Source: Gammaproteobacteria bacterium (lineage in GTDB: Bacteria > Pseudomonadota > Gammaproteobacteria > Burkholderiales > Rhodocyclaceae). Taken from it: a stretch of 64,000 nucleotides of DNA. Positions 58,407 through 64,000 of this stretch are shown in pieces; position 1 is the first letter of the stretch, and each line of letters opens with the position of its first letter. The notes beneath the pieces are model-generated. The model did not search any database. It saw only the letters and a list, made by a program, of their open reading frames with translations, and had not been told where the DNA came from. Location of the stretch: positions 7,362 to 71,361 of the forward strand of contig JAHJHI010000054.1 in the NCBI GenBank assembly GCA_018824085.1, given 5' to 3'. The translations under genes and the position numbers were made by a program.

Positions 58407-59381
58407 ATGACCGCTCAGCATGCGACCGCCCCCGCCCTTCAAGTCAGGGCACCCGCGCGCCTGCACATGGGATTCATCGACCTTGAGGGCAGCCTGGGCA
58501 GGCGCTTCGGCAGCGTCGGCCTGACGCTCGAAGGCCTCAGCACGGTGCTGGAGATCCGCCGGGCGGACACGCTGACCGTCACCGGCCACGACGCGGCGCG
58601 GGCACATCGCTACGCCGCCGCGATCAATGCCCGCTTCGACCTCCCGCCCAGCCACATCACGCTGACAGACGCCATTCCGTCGCATTCCGGCCTCGGCTCC
58701 GGCACGCAACTTGCTCTCGCGGTCGGCATGGCGCTGTCGCGTTTTCACGGTATCGGGCTGGATTCCCGCGAGGTCGCGCGGTTGCTTGATCGCGGAGCAC
58801 GCTCGGGCATCGGGATCGGCAGTTTCGACAGCGGCGGCTTCATCGTCGACGGCGGTCGCGGTGCGCTCGATGCGCCGCCGCCCATCGTTGCGCAAATGCC
58901 GTTCCCGGCCGACTGGCGCATGGTGTTGATCTTCGACCACGCGTGCAACGGCCTGCACGGCGCGGCCGAGAAGGAGGCGTTCCGCGTGTTGCCGCCGTAC
59001 GACAGCGGCGTGGCCGATCGCCTGAGCCGGCTGGTGCTGATGCGCGCGCTGCCGGCGCTGGCGGAACAGGATCTCGACATGTTCGGTGCGTCAATGAACG
59101 AATTGCAGGAATGCGTGGGCGACTATTTCGCGCCGGCACAGGGTGGCCGCTACACGAGCCCGCTGGTTGCGCGGATCGCCCAGAGTCTGGCCGACGACGG
59201 CGCAGCCTGTGTCGGCCAGAGCTCCTGGGGGCCGACTGGCTTCGCACTCGCCGCCAGCGAGCAGGACGCACAACGCATGGTTGCCGCGGCGCGCGAACGC
59301 TTCGCGCAGTCGATCGGAATGGAATTGAAAATTTGCGCAGCACGCAATGACGGTGCGCAATGGGCCGAACTGCCGGAGTGA
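58407..59381 (+). CDS. mptG: Beta-RFAP synthase (orf4)
   Basis: PARLHMGF, HSGLGSGTQL, RSGIG, GGFIVDGG, GQSSWGPT. Confidence 0.93.
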   Translation: MTAQHATAPALQVRAPARLHMGFIDLEGSLGRRFGSVGLTLEGLSTVLEIRRADTLTVTGHDAARAHRYAAAINARFDLPPSHITLTDAIPSHSGLGSGTQLALAVGMALSRFHGIGLDSREVARLLDRGARSGIGIGSFDSGGFIVDGGRGALDAPPPIVAQMPFPADWRMVLIFDHACNGLHGAAEKEAFRVLPPYDSGVADRLSRLVLMRALPALAEQDLDMFGASMNELQECVGDYFAPAQGGRYTSPLVARIAQSLADDGAACVGQSSWGPTGFALAASEQDAQRMVAAARERFAQSIGMELKICAARNDGAQWAELPE

Positions 59382-59487
59382 TCCAACGCGGACCCGGCAG
59401 GGTTTGAGGAGAGGTGCGGCCGCAGCCGCACCCTATAACGACGTAACGAAAGCACGCAGCCTTCGGGCGGAAAGAGTGAGTGACACC

Positions 59488-60390
59488 ATGGAAAATCCGT
59501 ACATCCTTCACATGTTCAGCCCGACCAACAACATCAGCCCGTTCGACGTGAACATGGCGTGTGACGCCGGCTTCCAGGTGCTGATGCCCTACGCTGGCGT
59601 CGGGCTCGACCAGATCTATGGACTGACGCAGGACGCCATCTTTTCGCGCGGACCCAACGGCGTGAAGCGCACCGGCCTCTTCATCGGCGGCCGCGACATC
59701 GGGCTTGCCGCCGACATGCTCGATGCCTGCCGCAATGCGATGGTGCCGCCGTTCGAAGTGTCGGTATTCGCCGACCCCAGCGGCGCCTTCACCACGGCCG
59801 CCGCGCTCGTCGCCTGCGTCGAACGCCAGTTGCGCAAGGCGCACAACACCGAACTGGAAGGCAAGACCGTGCTGGTCCTCGGCGGCACCGGCCCCGTCGG
59901 CACCGCCGCGGCCGTGCTGGCGTCCAGCGCCGGCGCCAAGGTGCTCGTCGGCAGCCATTCGAGCGCCATGCGCGCCCGCGTCGCCTCCGAAGTCGTCAAC
60001 ACCCGCTACGGCTCGTCGGTCGAACCGGTCGAAGCGGGCTCGAGCGAACAGAAGGAAAGCCTGATGCCGCAAGCCAACGTGATCCTCTGTACCGCCAAGG
60101 CCGGCATCCAGGTCCTGAGCAAGGAACAGCTGAAGTCCGCGTCGTCGCTGCTGGTGGCGGCGGACGTGAATGCAGTGCCGCCGGCCGGCGTCGAAGGCCT
60201 GGGCGTCATGGACGACGGCAAGCCGCTCGACGCGGGCTCCGGCAAGGCCGTGGGCATCGGCGCACTGGCCATCGGCAACGTGAAGTACCTGTGCCAGCGC
60301 GGCCTGTTCCAGCGCATGATCAATACCGACAAGCCTGTCTATCTCGATTTCCGCGACGCATTCGCCACCGCCCGCGAGCTGGTGGCCTGA
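59488..60390 (+). CDS. mtdB: NAD(P)-dependent methylene-H4MPT dehydrogenase
   Basis: ILHMFSP...SPFDVNMACDAG, FIGGRD, DPSGAFTTAAA, GGTGPVG, DVNAVPP. Confidence 0.93.
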   Translation: MENPYILHMFSPTNNISPFDVNMACDAGFQVLMPYAGVGLDQIYGLTQDAIFSRGPNGVKRTGLFIGGRDIGLAADMLDACRNAMVPPFEVSVFADPSGAFTTAAALVACVERQLRKAHNTELEGKTVLVLGGTGPVGTAAAVLASSAGAKVLVGSHSSAMRARVASEVVNTRYGSSVEPVEAGSSEQKESLMPQANVILCTAKAGIQVLSKEQLKSASSLLVAADVNAVPPAGVEGLGVMDDGKPLDAGSGKAVGIGALAIGNVKYLCQRGLFQRMINTDKPVYLDFRDAFATARELVA

Positions 60391-60416
60391 CGGCGCGCCG
60401 TCCGGAACCCGCGCCG

Positions 60417-61544
60417 GTGTCCCGCTGGCTCATCGTGTCGGGCAGCGCCAACGCGCTTGCCCGTTCCTGCGTCGCGGCAGGCTGGACCTGTGACGTCGTC
60501 GATGGCTATGGCGACGCCGACACCGCCGCGCACGCCGGGCGGATCGCGCGTGCCGGCCTGCGGCACGGCAGCTTCGGCAGTGACCTGCCCGGGGTCATCG
60601 CGGGCATGAAGGGAAACTGGGCGGGCATCGTCACCGGTTCGGGCTTCGAAGCCCGTCCGTCCCTGCTGGATGCACTCGCGGCGTTCGCGCCGCTGGCCGG
60701 CAACGGCGCGCGGACCACACGCCACTGCAAGGCGCCCGCCACCTTCGCCGATTTGATGACGCAGTCGGGCGTGCGCCACGCGCCGGTCGCCGTCGACGGG
60801 CACGCTGCTGCCGGCTGGCTCGTCAAGCGCACGGGTGGATGCGGCGGCGCGCACGTGCGCGCCGCCCGTGGCGGCGAGCGCATCCGACGCGGACACCATG
60901 CGCAGCTGCGCATCGCCGGCATGCCGGCGTCGGCGCTGTTTCTCGCCGACGGCGAACGCGCGCGCATCGTCGGTGTCAGCCGTCAGTGGCCGGGCAGCGA
61001 AGCCGGTCCGTACGCGTGGGCCGAAGCCATTTCAGACCTCGCGCTGCCTGACACGATGCGCGGCGCGCTGGCGCGCGACATCGACGCGATCACGCGCCAG
61101 TTCGGATTGCGCGGCCTGAATGGCGTCGATCTGGTAATCGGGGACGGGCATCACGTCGTCATCGAAATCAATCCCCGTCCGACCGCGACGATGCCGCTGT
61201 ACGAAGGCCGCGTCGTCGGCGGGCTGTTCGCCGCTCACGTCGCGGCCTGTGAAGGGCGGCTCGATGAAGTGGACATGACCGGCGCCGGCGGGACGCTCGG
61301 ACTGCGCGTGGTGTACGCGCCCCGTGACCTGATTGTCGGGGATGATGTCGAATGGCCGGCATGGTGCACCGACCTGCCCGCGTCAGGCAGCCGGATCCGG
61401 CGGGCGACGCCACTGTGCACCGTGCACGCGTCGGCCATCGACGGCACCGGAGCGGGTGCGCTGCTCGCGGCGCGCGAACGTGAAGTACTCGGCATGACCG
61501 GTCTGCGGGCCGGACAGATGAAAACAAGGACAGTCTTTTCGTGA
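60417..61544 (+). CDS. ATP-grasp protein of the H4MPT cluster (orfY-like)
   Basis: GSGFE, GCGGAHV, GLNGVD, EINPRPTAT, PLCTV; lies between mtdB and mch. Confidence 0.85.
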   Translation: MSRWLIVSGSANALARSCVAAGWTCDVVDGYGDADTAAHAGRIARAGLRHGSFGSDLPGVIAGMKGNWAGIVTGSGFEARPSLLDALAAFAPLAGNGARTTRHCKAPATFADLMTQSGVRHAPVAVDGHAAAGWLVKRTGGCGGAHVRAARGGERIRRGHHAQLRIAGMPASALFLADGERARIVGVSRQWPGSEAGPYAWAEAISDLALPDTMRGALARDIDAITRQFGLRGLNGVDLVIGDGHHVVIEINPRPTATMPLYEGRVVGGLFAAHVAACEGRLDEVDMTGAGGTLGLRVVYAPRDLIVGDDVEWPAWCTDLPASGSRIRRATPLCTVHASAIDGTGAGALLAAREREVLGMTGLRAGQMKTRTVFS

Positions 61545-61554
61545 GGAGAATCGA

Positions 61555-62553
61555 ATGAGCAATCCCGAACACGGCCCGGTACTGACCGGCGCACAACCGA
61601 GCCTGGGTACACAGGTCATGTCCCTGGTGGACGGCCTCGTGCGAGACGCCGACGCGCTGCGCGTCAAGGTGGACGCACTGCCCGGCGGCGGTCGCGTCGT
61701 GGACGCCGGCATCAACTGCCCGGGCGGCCTGGAAGCCGGCCGGCGCATCACCGAGATATGCATGGGTGGTCTGGGTACCGCGACCTTCAATACGCGCGAC
61801 TCGCACTGGCCGCTGACCATCAACATCCACTCGACCCATCCGGTACTGGCCTGCCTCGCGAGCCAGTACGCCGGCTGGAGCCTGTCGCACGGCGAAGGCA
61901 AGGAAGCGTTCCATGCGCTCGGTTCCGGTCCGGGCCGCGCGCTGTCCGTGAAGGAACCGCTGTTCGCCGAACTCGGCTACAAGGACGACGCGAAGCATGC
62001 GGTTCTGGTGCTTGAAGTTGACCGTCAGCCGCCGGCCGAAATCCTCGCCAAGATCCGCCGTGACTGCGCCGTGCCGGATGATGGCGTCACCATCATCCTG
62101 ACGCCGACGCGCAGCCTGGCCGGCACCGTGCAGGTGGTCGGTCGCGTGCTTGAAGTCGCATTGCACAAGGTGCACGCACTCGGTTTCCCGCTGACCGGGA
62201 TCGTCGACGGCTCGGCCAGCGCACCGATCGCGCCGCCCGCCCCCGACTTCCTGAACGCCATGGGCCGCACCAATGACGCCATCCTGTTCGGCGGCGTGGC
62301 GCAGCTCTATGTCGACTGCGAGGACGACGCTGCGGCCGACCTGGCGCAGAAGCTCCCGTCGTCGTCGTCGCGCGACTACGGCCGTCCGTTCGCCGACGTG
62401 TTCAAGGAAGTGAAGTACGACTTCTACAAGATCGATCCGATGCTGTTCGCACCGGCACGCGTCATCGTCAGCAATCTGCGCACCGGCAAGAGCTTCCGCG
62501 CCGGGCGCATCAACACCGAACTGCTGGCCCGGTCCTTCGGCGAGGCTGCGTAA
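61555..62553 (+). CDS. mch: Methenyl-H4MPT cyclohydrolase
   Basis: ICMGGLG, ACLASQYAGW, GSGPGRAL, RVLEVALHK, MGRTNDAILFGG, FYKID..LFAPA. Confidence 0.97.
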   Translation: MSNPEHGPVLTGAQPSLGTQVMSLVDGLVRDADALRVKVDALPGGGRVVDAGINCPGGLEAGRRITEICMGGLGTATFNTRDSHWPLTINIHSTHPVLACLASQYAGWSLSHGEGKEAFHALGSGPGRALSVKEPLFAELGYKDDAKHAVLVLEVDRQPPAEILAKIRRDCAVPDDGVTIILTPTRSLAGTVQVVGRVLEVALHKVHALGFPLTGIVDGSASAPIAPPAPDFLNAMGRTNDAILFGGVAQLYVDCEDDAAADLAQKLPSSSSRDYGRPFADVFKEVKYDFYKIDPMLFAPARVIVSNLRTGKSFRAGRINTELLARSFGEAA

Positions 62554-62558
62554 CGCTC

Positions 62559-63485
62559 ATGGGAGCCCAGAAGGCCGCTATTGCCATCATCACCGACGAG
62601 CCCGGCTGGCACGGCGCACGGTTGCGCGACGCGTTCAAGGCGCGCGGCCTGCTGGCGCGCTACGTCAGCCTGGGCGAGTGCCACATCGACCTGCTGCGCG
62701 GCACCGCAGGCGTCGTGATGCCCGGCTTCGAGCAGGAGTTGCCGCAGGCGGTTTTCGTACGCGGCGTCGCGGGCGGCAGCCTGCAGCAGGTGGTGCTGCG
62801 CATGGATTTCCTGCACTACCTCGGTGAGCTCGGCATTCCGGTCTACAACCCGGCGCGGGCGATCGAGCGCAGCGTCGACAAGGCGATGACCAGCGTGCTG
62901 CTGCATCGGGCCGGCATCCCGACGCCGCCGACCTGGGTGACCGAGCAGGAAGTCGAGGCGCGCGGCGTGCTGATGCGCGAATTCGCGGGCGGGCACGACG
63001 TGCTGGTGAAGCCGATGTTCGGCTCGCAGGGCGAAGGCATCGTCCGGCTGTCGCCGGGTGATGCACTCCCGCCGGCCGAAACCGTTGGCGGCGTCTGGTA
63101 CATGCAGCGCTACAGCGCGCGCAGCCGCGACGCGCTGGGCGAATGGTGCGACTGGCGCGTCATGGTCATCGACGGCAAGCCGGTCGCATCGATGATCCGG
63201 CGCGGCAAGAGCTGGCTCAACAACATCGCCCAGGGCGGCATCTGCGAGGCGATCACGCCGGACGAAACGCTGACCCGGCTGGCGGTCGATGCCGCGCGCG
63301 TGACCGGCATGGACTATGCCGGCATCGACATCCTGCGCGACGACCAGGGCCACCTCACCGTGCTCGAGGTCAACAGCATTCCGGCCTGGAAGGGGCTGCA
63401 GGGCGTTGCCCACCTGAACATCGCGCAGGCTCTGGCCGACGACCTGCTGCGCCGCTGCGCCGACGCAGGCGTGATCGCATGCTGA
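62559..63485 (+). CDS. RimK-family ATP-grasp glutamate ligase (orf5)
   Basis: VDKAMTS, KPMFGSQG, YAGIDI, EVNSIPAWKGLQ. Confidence 0.9.
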   Translation: MGAQKAAIAIITDEPGWHGARLRDAFKARGLLARYVSLGECHIDLLRGTAGVVMPGFEQELPQAVFVRGVAGGSLQQVVLRMDFLHYLGELGIPVYNPARAIERSVDKAMTSVLLHRAGIPTPPTWVTEQEVEARGVLMREFAGGHDVLVKPMFGSQGEGIVRLSPGDALPPAETVGGVWYMQRYSARSRDALGEWCDWRVMVIDGKPVASMIRRGKSWLNNIAQGGICEAITPDETLTRLAVDAARVTGMDYAGIDILRDDQGHLTVLEVNSIPAWKGLQGVAHLNIAQALADDLLRRCADAGVIAC

Positions 63486-64000
63486 TGGCCGTGCCCCCAG
63501 CCATTCGACGCAACGCAGAGGGCGCACAGCTCGAGCAGGATTTCCTGCGCGCCTGCCGGCTCGATGTCGAAGCGCTGAAACCGGGCAACGTCGGACTGCA
63601 TGGCGACGGTCACCGCATGCAGGTGGCCGACTTCATCGCCAGTGCGGAAGCATCGGCCGAGCCCCTGTGCCGTGTCGACGCCACGGTCGGTGAACGCATC
63701 CTTGAGGCGATGCGCGCGACCTGGCGGAGGGTCGGCTGCAACACCAATCTCGGCATCGTGCTCGGCTGCGCACCGATCGCACATGCGGCAATGCACCGGG
63801 AACGCAACGAATCGTTCCGCGTCGCCCTGCAGCGCACACTCGACGGACTGACCGTCACCGACGCGTCACATTGCTATGCGGCAATCCGTCTGGCACAACC
63901 TGCCGGACTCGGACAACGCGCCGAACATGACGTCGCGCAGGACGCGCGCATCACGCTGCTCGACGCGATGCGCGTTGCGCAGCACCGGGACAGCATTGCG
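63479..64000 (+). CDS. CitG-like triphosphoribosyl-dephospho-CoA synthase family protein (orf7), partial
   Basis: Not in the ORF track. Manual translation gives FLRACRLDVEALKPGNV...NTNLGIVL...YAAIRLAQPAGLG. Confidence 0.88.
   Translation, partial: MLMAVPPAIRRNAEGAQLEQDFLRACRLDVEALKPGNVGLHGDGHRMQVADFIASAEASAEPLCRVDATVGERILEAMRATWRRVGCNTNLGIVLGCAPIAHAAMHRERNESFRVALQRTLDGLTVTDASHCYAAIRLAQPAGLGQRAEHDVAQDARITLLDAMRVAQHRDSIA

Overview
This GC-rich chromosomal segment most likely comes from a methylotrophic betaproteobacterium (Methyloversatilis/Rhodocyclales-like, inferred from gene content and order). From left to right it holds: (1) the end of a fliM-fliN-fliP flagellar operon of the lateral type with no fliO; (2) a LysR/CmcJ-NvfI oxidoreductase/GST-kappa/thioesterase module, a mutated pqqA-like peptide gene, an orphan N6-adenine methyltransferase, pip and a NarL-type two-component pair; (3) hppA, PPi-type pfk and adk with the conserved exbBD-lpxK-ycaR-kdsB block, a DARS-like DnaA-box cluster, xseA, sodB, pcbD, ppa and dmeF; (4) a roughly 20 kb iron/heme island with five Fur-like boxes (hemP-bfd-bfr-tonB-exbBD, heme receptor, hmuSTUV, feoAB, fiu-piuC); (5) serC/serB and the H4MPT C1-transfer cluster (fhcBADC, mptG, mtdB, orfY, mch, orf5, orf7). 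The best candidate for an undescribed system is inside the iron island. Two parallel Fur-boxed operons each start with a small unknown protein and encode a related PEP-CTERM surface protein directly upstream of heme-uptake genes (possible surface hemophores), and one of them also carries a second ribosomal protein S4. I found no rRNA, tRNA, CRISPR array or transposase. All family calls are from motif recognition without database searches.
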